A DNA stretch of 64,000 bases from Alphaproteobacteria bacterium (GCA_044375675.1 JBILMD010000007.1:7737-71736), one strand, 5' to 3'; shown: positions 1-10,847, counted from the stretch's first letter. Numbers and translations: made by a program. Notes: generated by a model not told the origin, from the sequence alone.

Positions 1-73
1 CAGAAAATGCTTGGTCAATGGGGAAGATTAAGCCAAGCATCAAAAAACACAAAAAAACGCGCAGACAAACCAT
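1..73 (-). CDS. 5' fragment of a probable exported protein (runs off window)
   Basis: ATG at 73 gives MVCLRVFLCFLMLGLIFPIDQAFS, which looks like a signal peptide; directly downstream of cysNC. Confidence 0.4.
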   Translation of the reverse strand, partial: MVCLRVFLCFLMLGLIFPIDQAFS

Positions 74-87
74 GCTTTCCTAGGGGA

Positions 88-1962
88 TTAAATGCTATAT
101 CCCCAGACTTTGGTATCCAGTGCAAAATGTTCGTCCACATAACGCACAAGGATTTCGAGGGCTTCCTCAGGGGACAAAGACTCTGTATCAATCACCAAAT
201 CGGGGGATTGAGGGGGCTCATAGGGCGCGGAAACACCGGTAAATTCAGGAATTTCTCCAGCTCTGGCTTTTTTATAAAGCCCTTTGGGATCCCGTGATTC
301 ACAGGTGGCCAGATCAGCTTTGATATAAACCTCATGAAACGGCAATGTTTCAGCGATCTCCCGAACACGGGACCGATCCGTTAAATAAGGGGCGATAAAC
401 GCGGTGATGACCAGCATGCCAGCCTCAGCAAACAATCGAGAAACCTCTGCCACACGGCGAAGGTTTTCCTGACGATCATCGGGGGAAAACCCCAGATCCG
501 AGGACAGATGCCGGCGAATGTTGTCCCCATCCAGAACGTAAACGCGGTACCCTTTTTGAAACATGGCTTTTTCCAGAGCCAAAGAAAGAGTTGTCTTTCC
601 CGATCCCGAAAGACCTGTAAAAAACAAAATGCCGGCGCGATGGCTGTTTTGGGCTTCACGGTGGGGCAGCTCGACCTTGTGTTCCACAGGGGTCAGGTGG
701 GGGTTGTGAAGATCATGGCTGCGCTGGTTGGGGAATCCTTCTGTGCTGATCACCCCGCCACCGGCAATATCATAGCCATCCACCAAAACAAAACGTCCCA
801 TGGTATCGTGGGCGCGGAAATCATCCAGAGCGATTTTTGTATGCGTGCGGATCAGCACGTCGGCAATGGCATGACGGGGAATCTCTGTGGTGGATTGTTC
901 CGACAGGTTTCCCATATCCACAACGCGCTCAATGGCCTCGATACGGGCAGGCAGGGCATGGGTGTGAACCTTCAGTTTATAGGTGGCCCCGACTCTGGCA
1001 GATTGATTGCCCAGCCAAAACAGACGAGCCCGAAAGACATTGGTTTCAAAGGGGGCATGCTCAGGATGGGCAATGACCTGACCACGTTCAATAAAAAGCT
1101 GCTCGCTTAATGTAATGGCCAGGGATTGACCAGCCTTGGCGGCCAAAATGGGGGCTTGGGGCTCAGGGAAGGCTTCGATGGATTTAACCTGCGTTGTTTT
1201 TCCCGTGGGGCTAATGACGATGGTATCCCCCACACGCAGACGTCCGCTTTCAAGACGTCCGGCAATAATCCGGCGGTGATCCAATTTATAAACATCTTGG
1301 ACGGGAAAACGCAGGGGCAAATTGACCAAAGATTGACGGGCTGAACATTTGACCATGGCCTGAACCACCGTAGGTCCGTCATACCATGGCATAGAGGCGG
1401 CAGGATCCTTTAAATTTTCCCCACTGCGGGCGGATATGGGGATCATGACCTGCGCTTCTAAATGAAGGGTGGCCAGATACGCCCTGTAATCCGTGCACAA
1501 GCGTTCATAGGCAGACTCGCTGTAATCCACAAGGTCCATTTTGTTCATAATGACAATCAGCTGTTTGATATTCAGAAGCTGAGCCAAGGCCGCATGGCGT
1601 TTGGACTGTTCCTGAATCCCCTCGCTGGCATCAATGAGCAGCAGGGCGGCATCGGCGTTGGCCGCGCCCGTGATCATGTTTTTGATAAATTCACGGTGGC
1701 CCGGGGCATCAATAATGGTGTGGGTGTCATCGCCAATTTTCAGGGGAATATGGGCCGTATCAATGGTGATGCCTTGATCCCGTTCCGCCTTAAGCCCATC
1801 CATCACAAACGCCCATTCAAACGGCATACCCCGCCGTTTGCACATGGCTTGAATGGCCTCCATTTTTCCGTCTTTCAGGTTGCCTGTTTCATAAATCAAG
1901 CGGCCCACAAGGGTGGATTTTCCGTGGTCAACGTGACCAATAATGGCAAAATGGGTGTTCAT
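88..1962 (-). CDS. cysNC: Bifunctional sulfate adenylyltransferase GTPase subunit / adenylylsulfate kinase (CysN-CysC, NodQ-like)
   Basis: [28 protein letters not shown]-domain motifs; C-terminal APS kinase [27 protein letters not shown]. Confidence 0.93.
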   Translation of the reverse strand: MNTHFAIIGHVDHGKSTLVGRLIYETGNLKDGKMEAIQAMCKRRGMPFEWAFVMDGLKAERDQGITIDTAHIPLKIGDDTHTIIDAPGHREFIKNMITGAANADAALLLIDASEGIQEQSKRHAALAQLLNIKQLIVIMNKMDLVDYSESAYERLCTDYRAYLATLHLEAQVMIPISARSGENLKDPAASMPWYDGPTVVQAMVKCSARQSLVNLPLRFPVQDVYKLDHRRIIAGRLESGRLRVGDTIVISPTGKTTQVKSIEAFPEPQAPILAAKAGQSLAITLSEQLFIERGQVIAHPEHAPFETNVFRARLFWLGNQSARVGATYKLKVHTHALPARIEAIERVVDMGNLSEQSTTEIPRHAIADVLIRTHTKIALDDFRAHDTMGRFVLVDGYDIAGGGVISTEGFPNQRSHDLHNPHLTPVEHKVELPHREAQNSHRAGILFFTGLSGSGKTTLSLALEKAMFQKGYRVYVLDGDNIRRHLSSDLGFSPDDRQENLRRVAEVSRLFAEAGMLVITAFIAPYLTDRSRVREIAETLPFHEVYIKADLATCESRDPKGLYKKARAGEIPEFTGVSAPYEPPQSPDLVIDTESLSPEEALEILVRYVDEHFALDTKVWGYSI

Positions 1963-2066
1963 AACGATAAAAATAGAAAGGAATGAAGAAATGTTTGCAT
2001 CAAGAGTCTATACCTTAGATTGGGCTTGGCAGCAAGATGGTACCCACAGGGCGAGATGATTTAGGT

Positions 2067-2438
2067 TTAGGAAATATCCACCCCTTCTTTCCCCCCAAAG
2101 ACTTTTTCTGCGGCAAGGGAAAATTTTTCACCCATATCCGCTAAATACACAGAACCATTGATGGTGCGTTGGACAAGGACGCTGCGTCCATCCTCGGGGT
2201 CGGGTTTGCGCTTAACAAAGCCCAGATCCTGAAGTTTATCGATGGCCCGCGTGATGGCGGGTTTGGCAATCCCCAAATGGGACGAGAGACTGCGCACCGT
2301 ATGGGGGCCAGCTTTTAAATAGACGGCCAAAAGTAGGTTTAATTGCCGGATGGTTAAATCGGGCAAGTGATCTTTGACCAATCCCCCCATCATATCGTGG
2401 CATAATTCCAACAGAAGTTTTTGATCGGGTGTGGCCAT
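2067..2438 (-). CDS. MarR-family transcriptional regulator
   Basis: DLTIRQL...KPAITRAIDKLQDLGFVKRKPDPEDGRS winged-helix signature. Confidence 0.88.
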   Translation of the reverse strand: MATPDQKLLLELCHDMMGGLVKDHLPDLTIRQLNLLLAVYLKAGPHTVRSLSSHLGIAKPAITRAIDKLQDLGFVKRKPDPEDGRSVLVQRTINGSVYLADMGEKFSLAAEKVFGGKEGVDIS

Positions 2439-2441
2439 ACG

Positions 2442-2915
2442 TTAGGTCTCGATCCAAAACGTCGCGCCGACTTCAACGCATGCCCCTTTGGGCAGGGAGG
2501 CGCAGCCAATGGCGGCGCGGCTATGACGACCGATCTCTGGTCCCAAAATTTCAACCATCAGGTCCGAGGCACCGTTGGCCACAGCGGGATGATTCACAAA
2601 ATCAGGGTCTGCATTGACGAAAACAGAAAGTTGAACGCAGCGCAAAAGACGTGACCAATGGGCGTGCAAAGCACTTTTGACCTGACCCAAAACATGCAGT
2701 CCACAGAGGCGAGCGGCCTCATATCCGTCTTGTTCTGACAGCGATTTTCCCAGACATCCCTGAAGGATAAGTCCGCCCTCTTTTAAGGGCAGTTGTCCTG
2801 AAACCGAAAGAAGGGATCCTGCCACGACGAAGGGGACGTAATTCCCCGCCACCGACGGGGGCTCGGGTAGGGTAATTCCCAAGGATTCAAGACGCTGAAC
2901 AATGGGATGAATCAT
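2442..2915 (-). CDS. RidA/YjgF family protein
   Basis: GNYVP, SGQLP, ANGASDL, GRHSRAAIG..SLP motifs. Confidence 0.88.
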   Translation of the reverse strand: MIHPIVQRLESLGITLPEPPSVAGNYVPFVVAGSLLSVSGQLPLKEGGLILQGCLGKSLSEQDGYEAARLCGLHVLGQVKSALHAHWSRLLRCVQLSVFVNADPDFVNHPAVANGASDLMVEILGPEIGRHSRAAIGCASLPKGACVEVGATFWIET

Positions 2916-2942
2916 AAAAAAATCCCCGAAAGAGGCTTTCGT

Positions 2943-4211
2943 TTATAGTTTTGAAAAAACAAGGGAAGCATTTGTGCCCCCAAATCCAAAGGAATTGGAA
3001 AGAACATGTGTTAAAACTTTTTCCTGCGCCTGATGCGGAACAAAATTAAGATCACATTCTTCGTCAGGATCGTCAAGATTCAATGTGGGGGGGATGATAT
3101 TGGTGTTTAATGCCAGAATGGAAAACACAGCCTCAACAGCCCCCGCTGCCCCCAGAAGGTGGCCAATGGCGGATTTTGTTGAGGACATAGCAACTTTATA
3201 GGCGTGGTCGCCAAACAGTTTTTTGACCGCCCGCACTTCAATGACATCACCCGCAGGGGTAGACGTTCCATGGGCGTTGATATAGTCAATGGCCTCAACA
3301 GGCAGAGCGGCGCGTTTTAAGGCCATGCGCATGCATCGATAGGCACCGTCGCCATCTTCAGCAGGGGCTGTGATATGGTGGGCATCACCCGACAATCCAT
3401 ACCCCGTCAGTTCTGCGTAGATTTTAGCACCGCGGGCACGGGCGTGCTCCAGCTCTTCCAAAACCAGAATGCCTGCACCCTCGCCCATAACAAAGCCGTC
3501 TCGTCCCCGATCCCAGGGGCGAGAGGCCTTTTCAGGCGTATCATTATAACCAGTGGACAGGGCCTTTGCAGAGGCAAATCCAGCCATGCCGACGCGGCAG
3601 ATGGCGGCCTCTGCCCCCCCTGCCACCATAACATCCGCATCACCCATTTGAATCAACCGTGCGGCATCGCCTATGGCGTGACTTCCTGAGGCACAGGCCG
3701 TAACGACAGCGTGGTTAGGGCCACGGAAACCGTGTTTGATGGAAATTTGCCCACTGGCCAGATTGATCAGGCTTGATGGGATAAAGAAAGGGCTAACCCT
3801 GCGGGGTCCACGTTCGGCCAATAACAGAGAGGATCGTTCAATTTCCGGCAATCCCCCAATACCTGAACCAATCATCACACCCGTTTGGTCGGCATCGTGA
3901 TCATTTTTGGGGGCCCATCCCGCATGGGCAATGGCTTCATCCGCCGCGATCATGGCGTACAGAATGAAATCATCCATGCGCCGCCTATCTTTGTCCGTGA
4001 TATAAGCAACAGGATCAAACAGATCCGGATGATGCATCAACTGTCCCGCAATGCGGCAGGGAAGGTCATCCGTTGGGAAGCCCAGAATAGGCCGCAGCGC
4101 TGATTGTCCAGAAATCAGAAGCGGCCAGGTCTTTTCCACCCCCACACCAAAAGGAGACACAAGGCCCATTCCAGTCACAACAACACGGCGCAAACGAAAG
4201 GATTCTGCCAT
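2943..4211 (-). CDS. fabF: Beta-ketoacyl-ACP synthase II
   Basis: RRVVVTGMG, TACASG (catalytic Cys), INAHGTST, SNSFGFGG. Confidence 0.96.
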   Translation of the reverse strand: MAESFRLRRVVVTGMGLVSPFGVGVEKTWPLLISGQSALRPILGFPTDDLPCRIAGQLMHHPDLFDPVAYITDKDRRRMDDFILYAMIAADEAIAHAGWAPKNDHDADQTGVMIGSGIGGLPEIERSSLLLAERGPRRVSPFFIPSSLINLASGQISIKHGFRGPNHAVVTACASGSHAIGDAARLIQMGDADVMVAGGAEAAICRVGMAGFASAKALSTGYNDTPEKASRPWDRGRDGFVMGEGAGILVLEELEHARARGAKIYAELTGYGLSGDAHHITAPAEDGDGAYRCMRMALKRAALPVEAIDYINAHGTSTPAGDVIEVRAVKKLFGDHAYKVAMSSTKSAIGHLLGAAGAVEAVFSILALNTNIIPPTLNLDDPDEECDLNFVPHQAQEKVLTHVLSNSFGFGGTNASLVFSKL

Positions 4212-4262
4212 AACTATCCTCGGATGAAGTCAGACGGGGATGTCAAAGAGCCAGGCCAAGCC

Positions 4263-4502
4263 TTAAGCAGCGGCGGCATTTTGCTCAATAAAAGAAATGG
4301 CGTCCTGAACGGTCTGAATTTTTTCAGCAGCATCATCAGGAATTTCAACGCCGAATTCTTCTTCGAATGCCATGACCAGTTCTACTGTGTCGAGGCTGTC
4401 TGCCCCAAGATCATCCATGAAGCTGGCACCAGCGACCACTTTGCTTTCGTCGACCCCCAAGTGATCAACAACAATTTTCTTGACGCGTCCAAAAATATCC
4501 AT
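4263..4502 (-). CDS. acpP: Acyl carrier protein
   Basis: [20 protein letters not shown]. Confidence 0.97.
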   Translation of the reverse strand: MDIFGRVKKIVVDHLGVDESKVVAGASFMDDLGADSLDTVELVMAFEEEFGVEIPDDAAEKIQTVQDAISFIEQNAAAA

Positions 4503-4588
4503 GATTCATCGTCCATTCGTTTATGATTGAGAGATGGGACATGATTTAGCCGTCTTTAAAACAGAAATCAAGGCCAGAAATTACCTTT

Positions 4589-5341
4589 ATGACAGAATAC
4601 TATCAGCCGTTGATTATACTCAGAGAAAAGCGCGATTACGGCGCTTTGGAGGGGATTTTAGAGAAAAAATTTTTTCGTTTGTATCATGTTCCCGTTTTTA
4701 ATTATGAATTTTTGCCCCATTTAAAGCGGCCCCCCGCGTCTGGTGCGTTGCTTTTTTCCAGTCGTGCAGGGGTTCGGGCGGTATCCACTCTTCTGCGTCA
4801 CATGGAAAAGGCGCATTGTTTTGTGATCGGGGAGGACACGCAGAATGCCCTAAGAGCCGCTGGTTTTTCCGGAAAAATTGAGCGTTTTTTGACCATTCAG
4901 GATTTTTTGGCTCACCTGGTGCAGACGAAACGAAAAGACATCAAAGCCGTTCACTATTACAGGGGCGAGGTCGTTAAAAATCCCAACATCAATCAGCATA
5001 TTTCCGCCCTGGGTTTGGGGTATAGCGAGGACATTGTTTATAAAACAGGCTTGATTAAGGAAATTCCCGAATCCATCCTGGCCCTGATGAAGGAATCTAG
5101 GCGTCCTTTAGGTTATGTTGCGGTTTCAGAGCGGGCAATGCGTCATTGGGATAATTTGATTTTTTATCATTGTCTCGTCCCCTCTTATCGCAAAGGGCGG
5201 CTGTTTTGTTTGAGCAAGGATGTTGCATGCGGGTCACGAGTTATGCAACAATCATCAACGACTGTGCCGTTAGAGCCTACAACCACATCTCTGATTGCGT
5301 GCATTCAATCTTATTATAAGTATTCCCCGCCGCCAAGTTAG
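4589..5341 (+). CDS. hemD: Divergent uroporphyrinogen-III synthase
   Basis: LLFSSRAGV, FVIGEDT, YYRGE, IVYKT pattern and position before the Mic60-like/HemY-like pair. Confidence 0.6.
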   Translation: MTEYYQPLIILREKRDYGALEGILEKKFFRLYHVPVFNYEFLPHLKRPPASGALLFSSRAGVRAVSTLLRHMEKAHCFVIGEDTQNALRAAGFSGKIERFLTIQDFLAHLVQTKRKDIKAVHYYRGEVVKNPNINQHISALGLGYSEDIVYKTGLIKEIPESILALMKESRRPLGYVAVSERAMRHWDNLIFYHCLVPSYRKGRLFCLSKDVACGSRVMQQSSTTVPLEPTTTSLIACIQSYYKYSPPPS

Positions 5342-5376
5342 TGCGTCGGTGGGGTGAGTGAGTTGGTGCACACGCT

Positions 5377-6393
5377 ATGAATCTTTCTAACGAAGCCACC
5401 ATGTCCAAAAAATTTATAAGGCGTCCTGTTTTCCGGTGGTTATGGAGTGCCCTTATCGGGATTGGGTTGGCCTTTGCGGCAGGGTTGGCTGTTGGCCATT
5501 ATGGGGATTTTTTCCCTGTTCAAAAAACGCATCCTGCTGCGCCTCAGACGTCTGTGAATTTGGCGCCCCTTCATTTACAGCTGGATCGCATCGAAGGGTT
5601 GATGACAGAGCTTTCCCGCCGCATTCCCCTGTCTCCTCAGGTTTCTTCCCCTGCCCCCTTATCCTTATCTTTTTTGGGATCTTTGGCTCTTTCTGAAAAG
5701 CCGTCTTCTGAAGATAAACAATCCCCTGGGACAGATTTGATTTTGGCCAAAGACCTTGTGGATGATCTGTTGTTTTTTTTCGCATCCCAGCCCCTGACGT
5801 CACGGGATGTGGATGCGTTGGTGCGTTTGATGGAAAATCTTTTCCCTGAAAAAAAGACAGAGGATCTTTTGATTTTGCGATCCTCCTATGCCCATTTTGT
5901 GGATCAAGCCGAAGGGTTGGTGTTGCTGCCTGAACCTATTGTTGGGGCGAGTGAGCCACCATCCCCTGCCCCTGCATCGTTTTGGTCGGGTTTTTTGGGT
6001 CATTTTGTGACGGTTCGCGGCCCGGGTGAGCTGAACGCCGACGATGCTTCGGCCGTGCCTGAGGTGGTGGGTGTCTATAACGAGGCCTATGATGCCTGGC
6101 AAAACACAATTTTACCGGCTTTGCGCAAAGGGCGCCCAGACGAAGCTGCGGAGTTTGTTCAAAAGTTGGATGCTCAGGCTTTGTTTGCTGATGATGCCCG
6201 CTGGCAAATCTGGAAACAGGATTTCGCGGCATGGCTTCGCTGTTATCTGTGGCTGCGTTCTGCACGGATGGATATGACGCGCCAAATGATTCAACAGGTG
6301 ACGGATCATGCTTCACCCACCGCCATAACGCCGCCTAATGATTCCTTTGTGCCAGAAAATCCCGTGATAAACCAGCAAGAGGGGGCGCCATGA
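5377..6393 (+). CDS. Membrane-anchored protein, probable COG4223/mitofilin (alpha-Mic60)-like
   Basis: N-terminal TM helix and helical body; FWSGFLGHFVTVR...ALRKGRPDEAA...W resembles the mitofilin C-terminal motif; lies between hemD and HemY-like. Confidence 0.5.
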   Translation: MNLSNEATMSKKFIRRPVFRWLWSALIGIGLAFAAGLAVGHYGDFFPVQKTHPAAPQTSVNLAPLHLQLDRIEGLMTELSRRIPLSPQVSSPAPLSLSFLGSLALSEKPSSEDKQSPGTDLILAKDLVDDLLFFFASQPLTSRDVDALVRLMENLFPEKKTEDLLILRSSYAHFVDQAEGLVLLPEPIVGASEPPSPAPASFWSGFLGHFVTVRGPGELNADDASAVPEVVGVYNEAYDAWQNTILPALRKGRPDEAAEFVQKLDAQALFADDARWQIWKQDFAAWLRCYLWLRSARMDMTRQMIQQVTDHASPTAITPPNDSFVPENPVINQQEGAP

Positions 6394-7595
6394 AAACAGC
6401 CATCACTTTGGTTTTGCTGGTTGTTTTGGTGGGGGGGATTCAATTTCTTTCCGCCGATACAGTGACGATTTTGCTGGCCGGATATGAAATCAGCATGTCG
6501 CTGTCTGTGGCGTTAACCTGTATACTGATTTTGTTTTTTTTGGCCCATGGGGTGCTCAGCAGTATTGCATCCCTGATGGCATGGTCACAGCATCGCAGTT
6601 TGCGCCGCCAGCTGCAACGTTCCCAAGAATCCTTGGACACCTTGGGGCTTTGCTGGCAGGCGGTGGTGCTGCAGGACAAAAAAGGCGCCGATCGTCATTT
6701 GGGGGTTTTGAAAAAAACGCTTAAGGAAAACCCGTTGTTCCCCTACCTGCAGGGGCGTGTTTGTGAAATGAAGGGGGATATGGAGGGGGCCCGTCAGGCG
6801 TACCAAGCCCTGATGTTTGATCCCAAGCTGAGCGCCCTGGGGATTCGCGAGTTGACCCATTTGCCCGACAATCAGACAAAGGATCCCTTTCAGTGGCTGA
6901 GTACCCTGAGCGTCGAGCAGAGGCAAGAACCTTGGGCCGTTCGGGCCCTGATGGCGCGGGCCTTGGTGACGGCAGATATCGACGGGGCAAACCAACTGTT
7001 TCGCGCCCACCGTCGGATTTTTGATGCCAAGGAAAGTCTGCGCATGGAAAAAGCCATCGCGGCGGCAGAGGCCAAACAATCGTGGCAGGTGTATAGCGAC
7101 AGTCAAAAACAGGATCAGGACGCCCTCGCCCAGGCCCAAGAGGCTTTCAAAAAAGCCTATCAACGGGATCGTAGCGATTGTTCCATGCGCTCTCTTTATG
7201 CAGGATCACTGTGCGAAACCGATGGACGAGAGGCCCTTTCCCTGATGAAAAAAATCCTGCCCCAAGGCGCAGGATTTTTGTTTGTGCAAACTCTGCTGAT
7301 CCAAATCATCCGATCTTTGCCGGAAAAAGAGCGCACAAAAACCATCAAATCCCTCGACATCAAAGAAAACTCCCCCCTGTATCATCGGTTGATGGCCTCG
7401 GCTTTCGAAAGTTTGGGGTTTGTTGAAAAGTTGGCCTATCACGAAGCGGAGGTTGTCCGGTTACAGCCCTCAGACAACGATGGTCTTCGTCATGCCTGGA
7501 TTTGTGATCACTGTCAGGATCAAAGCATGACGTGGCAGCCCGTTTGTGGGAATTGTAAGACCATAGGGTCCTATACCATGGCGATCGCCAGTTAA
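6390..7595 (+). CDS. HemY-like TPR membrane protein with C-terminal Cys4 metal ribbon
   Basis: Two N-terminal TMs, TPR-like helices, WICDHC...WQPVCGNC; 4-nt overlap with the upstream gene. Confidence 0.65.
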   Translation: MKTAITLVLLVVLVGGIQFLSADTVTILLAGYEISMSLSVALTCILILFFLAHGVLSSIASLMAWSQHRSLRRQLQRSQESLDTLGLCWQAVVLQDKKGADRHLGVLKKTLKENPLFPYLQGRVCEMKGDMEGARQAYQALMFDPKLSALGIRELTHLPDNQTKDPFQWLSTLSVEQRQEPWAVRALMARALVTADIDGANQLFRAHRRIFDAKESLRMEKAIAAAEAKQSWQVYSDSQKQDQDALAQAQEAFKKAYQRDRSDCSMRSLYAGSLCETDGREALSLMKKILPQGAGFLFVQTLLIQIIRSLPEKERTKTIKSLDIKENSPLYHRLMASAFESLGFVEKLAYHEAEVVRLQPSDNDGLRHAWICDHCQDQSMTWQPVCGNCKTIGSYTMAIAS

Positions 7596-7610
7596 AATGC
7601 TGTATTAACA

Positions 7611-8141
7611 ATGAATCGCGCGTTATTTTTGGATCGTGATGGGGTGATTAATGAGGAGGTGAATTATGCCCATCGTCCCGACCAGATTGTGTTTGTTGAG
7701 GGTATTTTTGATCTTTGTCGGGCGGCCCAGAATTTAGGATACTTTTTGATTGTGGTCACCAATCAGGCGGGTATCGGGCGGGGATATTATACCGAAGCCC
7801 AATTCCATCACCTCACCCAGTGGATTGACCATCAGTTTAAGGATAGGGGCATCCTTTTGCACGAAACTTATTTTTGTCCCGATCATCCGGACCATGGGTT
7901 AGGGCCGTATAAAAAAGAATCCTTTGATCGCAAGCCCCACCCTGGCATGCTGATGAAGGGTATAGAAAAATATGGTCTTTCCCCCGCGGTTTCTTTGATG
8001 ATCGGGGACCGCGAAACAGATATGCAGGCCGCCCGCGCCGCATGTATCGGAACAAAGCTGTTGCTTTGCGCCGAAAAGCCCGAACACACAGCGGCGGATT
8101 TTTGGATTACGGGGTTGCATCAGGTGATGGCGTATCTTTAG
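7611..8141 (+). CDS. gmhB: D-glycero-D-manno-heptose 1,7-bisphosphate phosphatase (HAD IIIA)
   Basis: FLDRDGVIN, VTNQAGIGRGY, RKPHPGM, IGDRETD. Confidence 0.88.
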   Translation: MNRALFLDRDGVINEEVNYAHRPDQIVFVEGIFDLCRAAQNLGYFLIVVTNQAGIGRGYYTEAQFHHLTQWIDHQFKDRGILLHETYFCPDHPDHGLGPYKKESFDRKPHPGMLMKGIEKYGLSPAVSLMIGDRETDMQAARAACIGTKLLLCAEKPEHTAADFWITGLHQVMAYL

Positions 8142-8149
8142 GGGGGGGA

Positions 8150-8656
8150 TTAAAGACAAAACCCCCTGCGGGCCACAATCTTTTTTTCTGGCAGACGAAT
8201 GTCCACCACGGCATCTTTGATTAACGGCAGGGTAACCTCCCCTCCCGATGGGGTTTGGATGTCAAAAAAATCACCGGCCCCATAATTTTGCACAGCGATC
8301 ACCTGCCCCAGAACGTCCCCGCTCTCTTCATCCACAACCACGGATCCGATCAGATCCGTGTGATACCACGCATCGTCCTCTAAAACCGGTAAAGCGCTGC
8401 GGGCAACGCCCAGCTCTGTACCGCGCAGGGTTTCGGCGTGCGTGCGGGTTGAGATGCCCTCTAAATGCAAAACCCATCCTTTTCCCTGTGGGCGCGTTTT
8501 TTTGACCACAAACGCATCCCCTGTAACGGTTTTCAGGGGGCCATAGGTCATCAGGGTTTTGGGATCATGATAGGCATGAATGATCACATCACCCCCAAGG
8601 CTATGAGGCCGCAGAATGCGGCACAGCGGCACAAAATCATCAGCCGGCGTCATCAT
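8150..8656 (-). CDS. rimM: Ribosome maturation factor RimM
   Basis: RPHSLGG, RTHAETLRGTEL, WYHTDLIG, NYGAGD. Confidence 0.88.
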   Translation of the reverse strand: MMTPADDFVPLCRILRPHSLGGDVIIHAYHDPKTLMTYGPLKTVTGDAFVVKKTRPQGKGWVLHLEGISTRTHAETLRGTELGVARSALPVLEDDAWYHTDLIGSVVVDEESGDVLGQVIAVQNYGAGDFFDIQTPSGGEVTLPLIKDAVVDIRLPEKKIVARRGFCL

Positions 8657-8889
8657 GATTCGGGAACGCTGGTTTTCAGGGCTAGGGCGTGAAGCTCGGT
8701 CCCCATTTTTCCCTGCAGGGCCTGATACACCATTTGATGCTGCTGAATGCGGGTTTTGCCAACAAAATCCCCCGATATGACATGGGCAGCATAATGATCG
8801 CCGTCTCCTGCCAAATCCTCGATATGGACCTGGGCATCTGGAAATGCGGAGGCAATCATTGTTTTTAGGGTTTCTGCATCCATGGCCAT
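8653..8889 (-). CDS. bolA: BolA family protein
   Basis: DLAGDGDHY, QQHQMVYQAL, ELHALALKT. Confidence 0.9.
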   Translation of the reverse strand: MAMDAETLKTMIASAFPDAQVHIEDLAGDGDHYAAHVISGDFVGKTRIQQHQMVYQALQGKMGTELHALALKTSVPES

Positions 8890-8900
8890 AGCATTAAACC

Positions 8901-9365
8901 CTATCTGGTTGTTTCTTTTTCATTGGGCAAGGAGGAAAGGCGGCCGTAGTTCCCCAGCAGCTGTTCAATGGCAGAGAGCTTGTGCCCAGCCGTGGGTGTG
9001 GCTTGGCTTTCATAGCTGATTTCGCGGTAAGCATCCGTGCCCCGCATAACAAACGCATCCAAAACACCCTGATCGTCAAAGGACACAATCACGATTTTTT
9101 GTTCCAGAAGCTTGGGGCCACCAAAGGGTTGTTGTTCAACCTTTTGGCCCATATAATGCCAGATGTTCGGATCAAAAGTGGAGATGGTGGTGGGGGTTCC
9201 CAGCAACGATCGCACGTCTTCTTTTTTTAGAACACCCACACGCAGGGATTGAAGTTTATCGTCGGGAAGAATCTCGCCGTTGGTTTTCACAATGGGCGCA
9301 CACGATGCAACAAACAAAATGACACCATAGGCCAAAAGCCAAAAAAGCATCCCAAAACGTTTCAT
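8901..9365 (-). CDS. bamE: Outer-membrane assembly lipoprotein BamE/SmpA
   Basis: Lipobox FVASC, VRSLLGTPT, WHYM, VSFDDQGV; start uncertain (ORF extends to 9398). Confidence 0.82.
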   Translation of the reverse strand: MKRFGMLFWLLAYGVILFVASCAPIVKTNGEILPDDKLQSLRVGVLKKEDVRSLLGTPTTISTFDPNIWHYMGQKVEQQPFGGPKLLEQKIVIVSFDDQGVLDAFVMRGTDAYREISYESQATPTAGHKLSAIEQLLGNYGRLSSLPNEKETTR

Positions 9366-9544
9366 AGAATCCCAGAACATGAACAGACTGATGACCATGA
9401 CAAAGCCAGAAAAGGCAAGCCTGTGTCAATAACTAAAACAGTGGGGGTGGTTCATCCATTTCTTCCTTGCCAAAAGCCCTGCCCTACCCTTTTATGGGTG
9501 TGGTTTTTTTATGCCACAGACACCGCGCCAAAATTGCCAAAATT

Positions 9545-10408
9545 ATGACCTCTTTCCCCCTACTTTTAAAAACGTTTGCCGAAGATCTGGATGCCTTTAT
9601 GGGCAAAACATTGTCAGGGAACCATATTTTGGATCAGGCCATGCGCTATAGCGCCGTTCCCTCTGGCAAAGCCATACGGGGATTTTTGGTGCGGGAAAGT
9701 TTGTGTTTGGCGGGATTTCCCGAAGATGCTTTTTGGGACATTGCGGCGGCTTTTGAGTTGTTTCACACCTATTCCCTGATTCACGATGATCTGCCCTGCA
9801 TGGACAATTCAGCATTGCGGCGGGGGCGGCCCACGTGTCATCTGGCCTTTGATGAGGCCACCGCCGTTTTGGCAGGGGACGCTTTGCAAGCCGAGGCTTT
9901 TGTTCTGCTGTCCACCCCAAACGCTTTGTTTCAGGCCCAAGGTCAAATCCGCCTGATTCATCATTTGGCTGTATCCGCGGGGCGCTGCGGCATGGCTTTG
10001 GGTCAGGCCATCGATATTGCCGGCACCGTGAATACGCTGCAGGATTTAAAGGCCATGCACCTGTTAAAAACCGGCGTTCTGATTCAAACGGCGGCGATGG
10101 CGGGTGGCTTGCTTGGCGGCGATGAGGGGTTTACCCACACCATGGAAACCTTTGGGGGCCTGTTGGGTCTGGCCTTTCAAGTGCGCGATGATCTGCTGGA
10201 TATCGAGGGATGCCCACAGGAAACGGGAAAAACCGCAGGACAAGATCAACACAATCAGCGCGTAACGTTTATCAATCTTTTGGGCCCCACAGGCAGTCAA
10301 GATTTTCTGCGTGATTTGGAAAAACAAGCGGGGGATTGCCTTGCGACTCTACCCAACGCGGGCCATTTGCCGGATCTTTTGTCCTTTGTAATTCACCGGC
10401 GATGGTAG
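9545..10408 (+). CDS. ispA: Polyprenyl (farnesyl) diphosphate synthase
   Basis: HTYSLIHDDLPCMD..LRRGRPTCH, FQVRDDLLD. Confidence 0.9.
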   Translation: MTSFPLLLKTFAEDLDAFMGKTLSGNHILDQAMRYSAVPSGKAIRGFLVRESLCLAGFPEDAFWDIAAAFELFHTYSLIHDDLPCMDNSALRRGRPTCHLAFDEATAVLAGDALQAEAFVLLSTPNALFQAQGQIRLIHHLAVSAGRCGMALGQAIDIAGTVNTLQDLKAMHLLKTGVLIQTAAMAGGLLGGDEGFTHTMETFGGLLGLAFQVRDDLLDIEGCPQETGKTAGQDQHNQRVTFINLLGPTGSQDFLRDLEKQAGDCLATLPNAGHLPDLLSFVIHRRW

Positions 10409-10516
10409 GGCGAGGGGGACTGGCGTTTGGGGGCGTGTCTTTCTCTTTACAGAGGCACCAAGAGCTTGATACAAAGAAATGAGGCCCCTGAACATTCATA
10501 AAGGACAAAGGACCCT

Positions 10517-10843
10517 ATGCAGCCGCAAATGAATCAAATTTTACAACAAGCCCAAAAAATGCAGCAAAAGCTTCAGCAAGCCCAGCAAGAGGTTGAGAAG
10601 ATTGAGCGCGAAGGGACATCCGGCGGGGGCATGGTGAAAATCACCCTGAACGGTAAATTTCAGGCCCGAGGTTTAAAAGTTGACCCCAGCCTACTGAAAG
10701 AAGAAGAGCGCGATGTTTTAGAAGACTTGATCGTGGCGGCCATCAATGACGCCCACCAAAAGATCGAACAGGCGTCACAGGAAACCATGAGTAAAGTCAC
10801 AGCGGGCATGCCCTTGCCCCCTGGCATGAAATTGCCTTTCTAA
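10517..10843 (+). CDS. ybaB: YbaB/EbfC nucleoid-associated protein
   Basis: AQKMQ, GTSGGGMV, EDLIVAAINDA; upstream of recR. Confidence 0.93.
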   Translation: MQPQMNQILQQAQKMQQKLQQAQQEVEKIEREGTSGGGMVKITLNGKFQARGLKVDPSLLKEEERDVLEDLIVAAINDAHQKIEQASQETMSKVTAGMPLPPGMKLPF

Positions 10844-10847
10844 AGGT

